Origin: a virus
Virus record (IMG/VR): IMGVR_UViG_3300030060_007200
Strand: one strand, 5' to 3'
DNA length: 64,000 bases
Position numbers and translations under genes: made by a program. This document shows positions 39,091 through 48,179 of this stretch, piece after piece (the first letter of the stretch is position 1; every line of letters starts with the position of its first letter). The notes beneath the pieces are model-generated. The model was not told the origin of the DNA. It did no database searches and was given only the letters and a program-made list of their open reading frames with translations.

Positions 39091-39098
39091 TATAAATA
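39091..39098 (-). promoter_or_regulatory. Late-type promoter motif (class B, sense ATATTTATA); representative of 17 copies
   Basis: Plus-strand TATAAATA at 8848, 11802, 16230, 17887, 28515, 29648, 30240, 32605, 35509, 36223, 39091, 41844, 43718, 47171, 52688, 56268, 62663, each just 5' of a minus-strand gene. Confidence 0.8.
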
Positions 39099-39120
39099 TA
39101 TATGTAAATACCGAAAAACT

Positions 39121-39144
39121 AAAAAAGAGCTTAAAAAAGCTCTT
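39121..39144 (-). terminator. Intrinsic terminator after bS21
   Basis: AAGAGC-UUUUUUAA-GCUCUU-UUUU. Confidence 0.65.
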
Positions 39145-39166
39145 CTTTATTAAAATTTCTTAGATT

Positions 39167-39511
39167 TTATTGGGCACCTCCTTTCGTCATCGCCATCCAT
39201 ACATATCCTTTATCATTCATAGCCTCAATTCTAGAATGATACTGTTGTTTTCTTACAGCATCCTCTTTTTGTTTTCTTCGTATTGCGCTAGGTTTGATAT
39301 ACTCCTTTTTGCTTTTGTATCTCATAATCTTTTCAGAATCTTTTAATTGACGTTTGAGATATTTCATTGCTCTTTCCAATGAATACGTACTTGAATCTGG
39401 TACCTTAACTCCTTCAGGACAGCCTTCTAAATAAAAGTCGTGTCTTCCAAAGCTTTTCTTTCTAAAAGACTTTTTCTTAAAGTCCTTTTTATAGTTCTGT
39501 TTGTGCTTCAT
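39167..39511 (-). CDS. rpsU: Phage-encoded ribosomal protein bS21 with basic N-terminal extension
   Basis: VKV...SLERAMKYLKRQLK...KEYIKPSAIRRK matches the bS21 core. Confidence 0.85.
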   Translation of the reverse strand: MKHKQNYKKDFKKKSFRKKSFGRHDFYLEGCPEGVKVPDSSTYSLERAMKYLKRQLKDSEKIMRYKSKKEYIKPSAIRRKQKEDAVRKQQYHSRIEAMNDKGYVWMAMTKGGAQ

Positions 39512-39609
39512 GTAATATTTTTTAGCGTTAAACTTAATTTATATCTAATATAATAAAAAAATCCGATATATAAAAACATATACCGGACTTTTTACAATTT
39601 TATTATTTT

Positions 39610-40689
39610 TTATGATTCTGATGCAGATTTCCAAGCCGCTGCAGATGGTGCGCCTTTTGCTCCTTTCTTTCTCATCTTCTTACCAGATTTTCTTCTTTTA
39701 TGGATATTAGCCCACAATCCAGGATTTTTCTTTTCATCGATAAGACCTTCTCTTACAATATCTCTGAAATTTTTGCTATCGGTAACTATCTTTGATTTTT
39801 TAATTATCTCTTGATAATATCCTTTTACCTCTCCAGCTCTTGATGCAACATAATCTTTTCTCCAATTACCAAGTCTCTCATCACCTTTTGCAGCGTCGAT
39901 TTCTTTTTCGTATTCTGCAGCATCTCTTACATAATTTTCATAAGCTCTAACCATATTACCATAAGCGTTAGCTATTGTTTGGTATGAATCCCAACCGTTA
40001 TTGTATTTACCTTTCTTTAGCATTTGTGTATTATAGTCAAATACTTTAGAAACAATAGTTGTTGCTTCATCTAACAATTTCTTTAGTGCGTCAGGACCTT
40101 TGGCCAATACTTTAGCTTGCAATGCTTTTTTATACCTTTTCATATTTTGGTCAACAACTTCTTTATTTTTCATAAGTGCCGTTGCACCTTGCTTTGCAGC
40201 TACCCTTGCAGCTTGTTTATCTTTTGCTGAAGGTATATCGGATAAAGCAATGCTAATTACTCTGTCAGCTACCTCGTTATATCTCTTGTAATTGTCAAGC
40301 TTTTTACCTTGACTACCAATTTTAGCATTTGCATCTCTCCATCTTTGTTTTGGCCAGTACATAGATTTTTTACCTATTGTAATACCTATAATACCTGGTT
40401 GGAGTGAACCGTATTCATATCCTTGTTTGTATGGATTTTCTTTTCTGGTGTCTACAATAAAAATATTCATGTGGTCATTAGAAGGGTTTGCGCCGTCTTT
40501 TACCATAGAATCTTCTACATCTGACCAAGCCATTCCTTTAGACTTTGCAGTCACATCAAAGAATTTTCTGTCCCTTGAATCCATAAGCTTGAAAAGATTT
40601 GTAATTTTAGATGATGCAAATTTTTCTGAGATTAAAGATTTCATTATCTCTTCTCTAATCATTTTTCTTAATTTAGATTCTTTGCTCAT
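39610..40689 (-). CDS. Putative internal head protein
   Basis: KLRKMIREEI...LISE leader; basic C-terminal GLWANIHKRRK...GAPS module. Confidence 0.7.
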   Translation of the reverse strand: MSKESKLRKMIREEIMKSLISEKFASSKITNLFKLMDSRDRKFFDVTAKSKGMAWSDVEDSMVKDGANPSNDHMNIFIVDTRKENPYKQGYEYGSLQPGIIGITIGKKSMYWPKQRWRDANAKIGSQGKKLDNYKRYNEVADRVISIALSDIPSAKDKQAARVAAKQGATALMKNKEVVDQNMKRYKKALQAKVLAKGPDALKKLLDEATTIVSKVFDYNTQMLKKGKYNNGWDSYQTIANAYGNMVRAYENYVRDAAEYEKEIDAAKGDERLGNWRKDYVASRAGEVKGYYQEIIKKSKIVTDSKNFRDIVREGLIDEKKNPGLWANIHKRRKSGKKMRKKGAKGAPSAAAWKSASES

Positions 40690-40691
40690 GT

Positions 40692-41753
40692 TTATACTCC
40701 AATCTTTGAATATGTTAACATATCGTTAATTGCCTTAAGTGCTTTTTTCTTTGCAGATTCAAATTCTTTTCCGTATCTTCCTGAACCTCCACCTTTTTTG
40801 GCATTTGATACCATTTTCATTATATCACCAATTTGCTTTGTTTCTTTAGAAGATTTCATTTTAGGTGCAGCTTCTGTTCTAAGATTAAGTCCTATACCTG
40901 GAGCTGATATAACATTTGATAAACCTTCGAATGCTTCATTTACAAGTTTATTAAATTTATCTGGTCTTTTACCTTCGTATCTTAAATCAAACATTAAATC
41001 TTGTATTTTTTTAGATGTAGCATTACCACCAGCTTTTTCAATTGCACGTCTAGCTTTCACAGCATTTTTAGCCAAAATTACATAATGTCCTTTTTTACCT
41101 TTAACATATCTATCAGCTTGAATTTTAGAGCCAGCTGGCCTTGAATTACCTCTTGGGTCAATTACTACATAAGATTCATTAACCGCTCCTTCATTTTTAC
41201 CTTTGTGTTTTTTATCTATAAGGTTAAAAAATTCTTTTTTCTTTTCGTCATCTAAATCTGCAGGTGAGTCTGCTCCAAATTTAGCCAATACAGCCTTGAA
41301 TAATTTTTGATATTTTTCTTGAGCCTCTGATTCGTCCACAGTTTCTTCTGTATGTCCTGGTTCATGAACTTCTTTTATTTCATAGTACTTACCAAGTTTT
41401 CCACCTATATCTTCAAATACAGATTCTAATCTTTGTTGTAGTGTAGATATTTCTTTGAATGTATTTTCAAATACTTTTACAGATTCTCCTATAGATTTTG
41501 TATCTCTTTTTACAGATACTGCATCGAACCAATCAGCAGTTTCTTCTATTGCCATTCTGCTAGCGTTTTCTGCCAATTTTTTAATATTTTCTACAAGCTC
41601 AGTTATTTCTTGTGTTTTATATACGTTTTGTCCTAACTCGTTAAATTTAGAAACAGCCTCTAGTGTTTGAGCCTTTTCCTCTTCAGTCATTCTTTTATTT
41701 TCAGTTGACTCGTTTAAGGAATGCTTCCAATTTCTAATATCAAATTTACTCAT
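40692..41753 (-). CDS. Putative prohead core / internal protein (likely start ATG 41753)
   Basis: SD AAGGAG before ATG 41753; repeated LNE/VNE sites; late promoter at 41844 inside the protease gene. Confidence 0.75.
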   Translation of the reverse strand: MSKFDIRNWKHSLNESTENKRMTEEEKAQTLEAVSKFNELGQNVYKTQEITELVENIKKLAENASRMAIEETADWFDAVSVKRDTKSIGESVKVFENTFKEISTLQQRLESVFEDIGGKLGKYYEIKEVHEPGHTEETVDESEAQEKYQKLFKAVLAKFGADSPADLDDEKKKEFFNLIDKKHKGKNEGAVNESYVVIDPRGNSRPAGSKIQADRYVKGKKGHYVILAKNAVKARRAIEKAGGNATSKKIQDLMFDLRYEGKRPDKFNKLVNEAFEGLSNVISAPGIGLNLRTEAAPKMKSSKETKQIGDIMKMVSNAKKGGGSGRYGKEFESAKKKALKAINDMLTYSKIGV

Positions 41754-41754
41754 T

Positions 41755-42387
41755 TTATTTGCTCCTTGTTGGTAATGAACATTTGCATGCCAAATCGCAT
41801 AGCATTTCATTTATTATATTATTTACCTTGTCGTATTTATTTATATAAATATCATTGACAGATTCGTTTATTGGTCTCATGAACGCTCCATGCGTAGAAG
41901 GATTTGATACAAAATCCCAACAAACTAATTCAAAATCAGATTGAACTTCCATTGTACCATCCTCTGATAATTGCTTGACAGAACCAAGACCTCTTGAAGA
42001 TATACCAAGCTTAACTCCTGATTTTAATAATTCTTTAAGTATGTTTCCAGCTGGTGTACCTAGTACCTCTACAGTACCCATTACATCGTCACCTTTCCAC
42101 CACACCTTCTTTATATTATGAGATACATTTTGAAGATTAACAACAGACGATTCCGGATGGTCTAGTTCGCCAAGAGCACGATTTTCTGCTATCTGCACTT
42201 GTGAGTATTGTTTAACTTCTCTCATTAAAATTTCTTTTGGATATACTCGACCGTTTTGATTTTTTGCTCCAGCTCTTTGTAGTATACCTGTTACAATTAC
42301 ACGGCCATTATTTTGTTGTTCAGACTCAACTATCATTTGTGGAGAAATATCAAATGTTGTATAGTCTATTAGTACTTGTTTTGACAT
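41755..42387 (-). CDS. Prohead core protease (gp21-like)
   Basis: NQNGRVYP, ALGELDHP, VSH, GISSRGLGS, WDFVSNPS. Confidence 0.95.
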   Translation of the reverse strand: MSKQVLIDYTTFDISPQMIVESEQQNNGRVIVTGILQRAGAKNQNGRVYPKEILMREVKQYSQVQIAENRALGELDHPESSVVNLQNVSHNIKKVWWKGDDVMGTVEVLGTPAGNILKELLKSGVKLGISSRGLGSVKQLSEDGTMEVQSDFELVCWDFVSNPSTHGAFMRPINESVNDIYINKYDKVNNIINEMLCDLACKCSLPTRSK

Positions 42388-42851
42388 TAGAAGCTCCTTA
42401 ATTTTTCAGACAATCTTTCCATCTTTGCAGAGATTTTTTCTAGATTTTCTCTTGTAGACTTCCAGTATTTCGTTTCGTCTATACCTGTTTCTGTTTTTAA
42501 TTTTATATTTTGACCAATTATTCTTTCAATTCTAAACAGCTTGCTATTAACTTCTTTTATAGCTCTATTTACTTTTTGTTTTGCAGTTGCTGATTCGTCT
42601 TTTTTATAATCATTGTAATTTACTTCGTTCATCAATGTAAGCTTGGCCATTTTCATAAAAGTAGATTCTTCTACAACCTTATATCCCATAAGACCTTTTT
42701 CTAAATCTTTCTTTTTCTTTTTACCAAAAGCATACTTTGTATTATATTCACCACCTGCGTCAACTGTAGTGTTTGCTTCGTCTAATTCTTCTTCTTCGAT
42801 TTTCTTAAAATCAGCCTCAAACATTTTATCTAATTTTTTATTTAACGACAT
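42387..42851 (-). CDS. Hypothetical head-region protein (likely start ATG 42851)
   Basis: SD AAGGAG; LDEAN...YNTKYAF. Confidence 0.75.
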   Translation of the reverse strand: MSLNKKLDKMFEADFKKIEEEELDEANTTVDAGGEYNTKYAFGKKKKKDLEKGLMGYKVVEESTFMKMAKLTLMNEVNYNDYKKDESATAKQKVNRAIKEVNSKLFRIERIIGQNIKLKTETGIDETKYWKSTRENLEKISAKMERLSEKLRSF

Positions 42852-43683
42852 TGTTAATCTCCTTAACCAAATCATATGCACGTAATACAGATATCATATG
42901 TTTATCCTTTACCTTTGGTTCTTTTTTAATTAACTGTAATTGTTCTGCTACTTCATTTAATTTTATAGCCACAATACTATCGTCAACTTTTTTTGATAGC
43001 AATTTTATTCCTGCTGATGTTTTTTTAATTTCAGCGTGTATATATTTTTTAAGCTTTTCAGTATTAGAGATATTGTTAATATATTCTCTTAATAAAGTTT
43101 TTTGGCCTGATGTTAGATTGCCGTATTTTTCATTAAATTTTTCAATCATTATTTTATATGAAAGTGTTCTAACATCTTTATCTTGTTTAGAATACATATT
43201 GTATGTTTCATCTATTCTACTGATTTTTTGTTTTTTATTCATTACAGTTTCAACAAGATTAAATCTAAATCTTATAGACTGAGAAGGGGTAACCTTATTT
43301 TCAAATAAGCAATATATAGATGCGTTTTCAGAATAACTCTCTACTTTTGTTTTGAAAAAGTTTTCAAAATTATATTGCTTTTTTATTTCTTTAATAAGGT
43401 TGTACTTTTGTTTTCTTAATTCTGTTGCAGAAAGCTTTTTTCTTTCTTTTAAGACAGCTGTAATAAAAGCGTCTGCCTTTCTTTCTGTATTAAATTTTTC
43501 TTTAAGAAGTGTTTGATATAGCATGAGTTCTTTTTTAAGAGTTGTATTTTTCTTAAAAAATTCCTTAATGATTCCTATTGCCGGAGACTTACTGACACCG
43601 TTAATTGTATCGTTTGTTATCTGTCTTACCAATAACTCGAATAATATTCCAGTATTCTTGTATTTTGAGTGTTTTGCTTTCAT
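42838..43683 (-). CDS. Head-assembly region protein
   Basis: KHSKYKNTGILFELLVRQ; between portal and protease; late promoter 43718. Confidence 0.8.
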   Translation of the reverse strand: MKAKHSKYKNTGILFELLVRQITNDTINGVSKSPAIGIIKEFFKKNTTLKKELMLYQTLLKEKFNTERKADAFITAVLKERKKLSATELRKQKYNLIKEIKKQYNFENFFKTKVESYSENASIYCLFENKVTPSQSIRFRFNLVETVMNKKQKISRIDETYNMYSKQDKDVRTLSYKIMIEKFNEKYGNLTSGQKTLLREYINNISNTEKLKKYIHAEIKKTSAGIKLLSKKVDDSIVAIKLNEVAEQLQLIKKEPKVKDKHMISVLRAYDLVKEINNVVK

Positions 43684-43738
43684 TTATTTTCTTTCCCGCA
43701 TATATCTTTATATATTATATAAATATATCTAAACTCAG

Positions 43739-45571
43739 TTATATATCGTCTTCCATGATATTGCTTTCGTTTAATAAGTTAGATTTTTTATTAGGTTTGT
43801 TTTTGCCAAATAAACTCATAATTCTTCTCGATTCGAATCGTCTTTGAGATTTATTATTTTTTAATTTAGTATCTCTAAACCTCTCCTCTTTACCTACAGT
43901 GTCTCTACCTCTAGCAGAATCCTGAGTTCCGTATTTTGTTGCCTCCTCTGGTCTTCCTTGACCTGGTTCGTTTGTAGGTTCATCACCTTGAGGTTCTTCA
44001 AATCCTCCACCAAATAAACCTGTTGATTGTCCATCTGTATTTTCAGGGTCAAGTGTTGCTAATGTATGTGGAGTACCTAAAGCCTCACCAGATGTTTGTG
44101 GGTCGTTACCTTCCATCTCGATCTGTGATTTTCTAAATTTCTGTTTAATATCAGTTATAACACCTTTTCTTTCACTTTCAATTTCATCATCTGACATGTT
44201 AAATACATTTTTATATATCCAGTCCTCTGATATCATTGCTCCATCTTTAATTGTAGATGCTAGGTCTAATTTACTTGACCACAACTCCATTTTCTCTTGC
44301 TCTGCAATTGATGATGGATTTGTAAGTATAAGTTCAAACTCTACCATATCCTCTTCTGTAAATCCTTGAGAGTATAAATGTACCATTGCAATTTTTGTAA
44401 GTTCTGAAATAAAAATTCTTTGTATTCTTTCTATTGTTCTTGCAAATCTAACATCTTGTGCAGCAAGAGTTGCCTTTCCTTCAACCCCTTCTTCATATCC
44501 TACAAATGCCTTTGGAATTTTAAGTGCAGCAAACATTCTAGCCTTTAGATAATCAACGTCATCAATACCACCAAACTCCATTCCGCTTAATGTATCTATT
44601 TCAGTTCCACTTTGTCCACCTCTTACAGGAAGGTAAACATCTTCAAGCATATTAGACATATTAAACTTAAGATTGTACTGCCCTGTTTTTTCATCGATAT
44701 GAGGTGTCTTTTTCATTTGGTTTATTACACGCTGCATGTATGTATCAACCTCAGCAGGTGGAATATTACCAATGTCTATTTTGTATACTCTTTTTTCTGG
44801 AGCACGCATTATTCTGTGAATCAACATTGCATCTTCCATAAGAGTTAATTGTTTCCAAACCTTTCTTGCAGGTTCTATCATTGCCTTTCCATAAGGGAGG
44901 AAGTTCATGTCATTCAACATTCTAAAATGAGCAACCTCATAGTTTTCATATCTTGTCTGCATTCCTTGTTTTGTATTTCCCATCTGGCCTCCCATAGATG
45001 GGTCATGTGTAAATGATACCATATCAGGATTGTTAGGGTCGTGACCTTCTTCTCTAAACATTTCGTATGAAGACATAGGCATTGCGTTTGTTATACCTAC
45101 CTTTTCTGTTATATCTAATTTTAGATAAAAGTCTCCATATTTACACATATTACGAACCCAAGGCCAAGCATTGAATTCTATATTAAGTACATCATAAAAT
45201 AAATTGTGTAATACCTTTTGTACTTTTTCATTATCTGTTTTTATTTCAAGTACATTTCCAAACTCATTTTTAAGAGTTGATTCGTCAGAGTATATATCTA
45301 ATGCAGATGATATTATAGAATCTTCGTCCATAATTTCATAATCAGAATATAACTGAAGTCTTAGTGTATGAAAATTAACCTGCTGATTATATCCATAAGA
45401 ATTTGTTTGATAAATCCTATTATATCTATCGATTAGTCTATTTGTCGCAAGTTTTGTATTTGCTTGTATTTTACTTAGGTCTGCAACCTTAAGTCCGCTA
45501 TCTGTTCTCCTAACAATTGTACCTGTTGAAAATAGTGTTTTTAGTCTTCCAAAAAATGTTTTGTCTGCCAT
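43739..45571 (-). CDS. Portal protein (gp20-like)
   Basis: LMEDAMLIHRIMRAPEKRVYKIDIGN, GTEIDTL, ALKIPK. Confidence 0.95.
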   Translation of the reverse strand: MADKTFFGRLKTLFSTGTIVRRTDSGLKVADLSKIQANTKLATNRLIDRYNRIYQTNSYGYNQQVNFHTLRLQLYSDYEIMDEDSIISSALDIYSDESTLKNEFGNVLEIKTDNEKVQKVLHNLFYDVLNIEFNAWPWVRNMCKYGDFYLKLDITEKVGITNAMPMSSYEMFREEGHDPNNPDMVSFTHDPSMGGQMGNTKQGMQTRYENYEVAHFRMLNDMNFLPYGKAMIEPARKVWKQLTLMEDAMLIHRIMRAPEKRVYKIDIGNIPPAEVDTYMQRVINQMKKTPHIDEKTGQYNLKFNMSNMLEDVYLPVRGGQSGTEIDTLSGMEFGGIDDVDYLKARMFAALKIPKAFVGYEEGVEGKATLAAQDVRFARTIERIQRIFISELTKIAMVHLYSQGFTEEDMVEFELILTNPSSIAEQEKMELWSSKLDLASTIKDGAMISEDWIYKNVFNMSDDEIESERKGVITDIKQKFRKSQIEMEGNDPQTSGEALGTPHTLATLDPENTDGQSTGLFGGGFEEPQGDEPTNEPGQGRPEEATKYGTQDSARGRDTVGKEERFRDTKLKNNKSQRRFESRRIMSLFGKNKPNKKSNLLNESNIMEDDI

Positions 45572-45587
45572 CTGTTTTTTACTCCGT

Positions 45588-47165
45588 TTACAATAGCCAG
45601 GTTAGGTCTTCTTCGTCGCCTTTAATCTTCTGCTTCCAAGGGTCCTGTCCGGAAAATCCGTTTGTTGTGTAGGCACCTTTGGTATTAACTATATTATTTA
45701 TTGCGTTTTTGTTCATGCTCAATCCTTCAGTGTGTAAACGAATTGCGTTGTCACGGACAAATAATGCAATAGAGAACGCCATTGTTAAATCATCGTTATA
45801 GCCTCTTTGAGCTTCAGCTCTGTGGCCATTCCATATAAAAACAAATAGTTCATCTATCAGTCTTTTTGATTTGACAATGCACGCTTTTTCCCTAAAATAA
45901 ATATCTAGCTTCGATATCAAAAGAGGTCTAGTTCGTGTTGAAGTAGTAAAACCTGGGGTCATGTTTTCTCTGTTTTTTAAGTCATAACCTTTTGATAATT
46001 GTGTGGCTGCATCATGAACTCCTTCATGTTTGTATGTATAATAAAGATTTCTATAACCTCTATCTATAGCAGGTTGAAGAGCAGCCCAACCTATATTTGC
46101 GTTTTCAACAACCAATAAAGCTTCGTTGTATTCTGTTGCAATATTAACCAATAGATTTCCAAAATCCTTTGTACCTATTTGGTTTTTATATTCAGCAACC
46201 TGTTCCATAGTTTCTATTTCAATTACATGAAATGTCGAATAATCACTACCATCACCTCTAGCAACGTCAGCGACTACCATATATCCTTTTGTATAATCTG
46301 CATAAGACCAAATCCAAAGCTCTTCCTCTGCACCTCTTTTTTCTATAGGCTCACATATCATATTTTCTTGATACCATGTTAAGAGCTCTCCTGATACTAC
46401 TGAATTACCTGATGTAATAAAATCACAGTCACATTCCTGAGCTGCCATTTTAGGACCTAATAACTCATCTTGTGTATCTCTCCATTCCTGGTCTCTTTCT
46501 GGATGTAGTGTCCAGTGAAGTCTTATAGGATTAAATTGTCCTTCACCTCTTTCAGCCTCAGTCCATATTTTGTGAAATAAATTACCTGTACCATTTGGTG
46601 TTGATAATAATATTGCAGAACCACCTGTTGCAAGCGTTTGCTGTGCCGATGTCCATATTTCTGTAACCTTGTCTATAAATGCTGCTTCATCAATTACAAG
46701 TAGAGATAGCGCTTCAGAACGAGCAGCGTCAGGTGCAGATGAAACTGCCTTTATTTGTGAACCGTTTTTGAACCTTAGCGAAAGCCTGTTATCTTCCTCT
46801 GAACCTACCTTTAACCAGGAAGGCAAAAACTCGTGCATTACTCTAACTTTTGTAATTAAATTTTTTGCAGTATCTTGTTTAATTGCAATTACCAATACAT
46901 TAAAGTCTTCTCTAAATATCATATTCCAAACAGCATACCCTGCAGTAAGTGTTGATATACCCATCTGTCTAGATTTCAATATTACATTAAATCTATTTTC
47001 CTTTAATTGTATAAGAGAATCTTCTTGAAAAGGAAACAGGTCAAATTTAATCTTACCTTTTTGAGGATGCTGTATAAAACAATACTTTCTCATAAAGTAT
47101 ACAGGGTTCTGAGAACACTTGATATACTCTTTTACTAAAGCCTCTTTGATTGTATTTTTAGCCAT
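45588..47165 (-). CDS. Terminase large subunit (gp17-like)
   Basis: KSRQMGIST, IDEAAF, LSTPNG, DVARGDGSDYS, NDDL. Confidence 0.97.
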   Translation of the reverse strand: MAKNTIKEALVKEYIKCSQNPVYFMRKYCFIQHPQKGKIKFDLFPFQEDSLIQLKENRFNVILKSRQMGISTLTAGYAVWNMIFREDFNVLVIAIKQDTAKNLITKVRVMHEFLPSWLKVGSEEDNRLSLRFKNGSQIKAVSSAPDAARSEALSLLVIDEAAFIDKVTEIWTSAQQTLATGGSAILLSTPNGTGNLFHKIWTEAERGEGQFNPIRLHWTLHPERDQEWRDTQDELLGPKMAAQECDCDFITSGNSVVSGELLTWYQENMICEPIEKRGAEEELWIWSYADYTKGYMVVADVARGDGSDYSTFHVIEIETMEQVAEYKNQIGTKDFGNLLVNIATEYNEALLVVENANIGWAALQPAIDRGYRNLYYTYKHEGVHDAATQLSKGYDLKNRENMTPGFTTSTRTRPLLISKLDIYFREKACIVKSKRLIDELFVFIWNGHRAEAQRGYNDDLTMAFSIALFVRDNAIRLHTEGLSMNKNAINNIVNTKGAYTTNGFSGQDPWKQKIKGDEEDLTWLL

Positions 47166-47199
47166 CTATATATAAATATATATGTATATAAAAGTTATA

Positions 47200-47589
47200 C
47201 TATTTTTTTTGGCGTTTTTCAAAAGAACGGCCACCAAAATAAGCACCTATAACTGTAATTAAAACTAGTTGTAAAAGGTCGGTCCATTTTTGCTCTACTT
47301 CAAAGGCAATTGTTCCTGCATCAATAAAAATCATAAGAACTGTACACACAACCAAGAATATAAGAACAAGAGGTCTTACATTTTTACTTAACCAAGAATC
47401 AGAATTCATATCAGCTTTCCAACGGTCAGTAATATTTTTTTCCATCTCTATTTCATATTGTGCAATAAGCTCCTTAACCTTTTGCTCTGCAGCTAGTTTT
47501 TCTTCTTTGGATGTATGTAAACCATCTATAACACCACCTACACTTTTTACGAGGTCAGCAGCGCCGCCTCCAAATAATTTATCTAACAT
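47200..47589 (-). CDS. 3TM-type holin
   Basis: RWKADMNSDSWLSKNVRP, two TM segments, AYFGGRSFEK. Confidence 0.8.
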   Translation of the reverse strand: MLDKLFGGGAADLVKSVGGVIDGLHTSKEEKLAAEQKVKELIAQYEIEMEKNITDRWKADMNSDSWLSKNVRPLVLIFLVVCTVLMIFIDAGTIAFEVEQKWTDLLQLVLITVIGAYFGGRSFEKRQKK

Positions 47590-48173
47590 TATTTTTCTCC
47601 ATTTAATAGTTTCTCTGTCAATTCCTTTTCAGAATCAATCCATTCGTTGAAACGTCTTTTTATATCTTTTTTTGTATTTTCTGTTAACTTAGACCAGCTT
47701 TCAACCTCACCTGATTCGGTAATGTAGTGGTTAGAATCTATTGTGTTAAACCACTCGTTAAATCTTCTTTCTTGTTTTGTTGTCCAAGATTCAAAATTAT
47801 TTCTAACCTCTTTTTCAAACCACTCTTTATATTTGCCTTTTGCGTAAAGGTCATGTTCGAATTTAGTTTGACAATGTAAACAATGGCCATATAATCTGTA
47901 CATTTTTTTATGAGCAGGGTTTTTCATTGAGGTATCGCATTTAGGACATGACAAAGGTATTTTAAGAGTTTTTCTTGCCTCACCAAGCTTTGTCTTATTT
48001 TGACGTATTCCGTTTTTTATTGTCCACGTCTTGCCATCTTCCTCCCATACATCGCCTTCATTTCGCTTTTTATTATACTTTCTGTAACCAGAACTCGCTT
48101 TTGTCTTTGCACCATAATCTCCTGATACAATGTTTCTCATTCTCTGGATTTTGTCTTTGCTTAATTGTTTCAT
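47589..48173 (-). CDS. Hypothetical protein with Zn-ribbon motif
   Basis: EGDVWEEDGKTWTIKNG; CPKC...CLHC. Confidence 0.75.
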   Translation of the reverse strand: MKQLSKDKIQRMRNIVSGDYGAKTKASSGYRKYNKKRNEGDVWEEDGKTWTIKNGIRQNKTKLGEARKTLKIPLSCPKCDTSMKNPAHKKMYRLYGHCLHCQTKFEHDLYAKGKYKEWFEKEVRNNFESWTTKQERRFNEWFNTIDSNHYITESGEVESWSKLTENTKKDIKRRFNEWIDSEKELTEKLLNGEK

Positions 48174-48179
48174 AATAAC

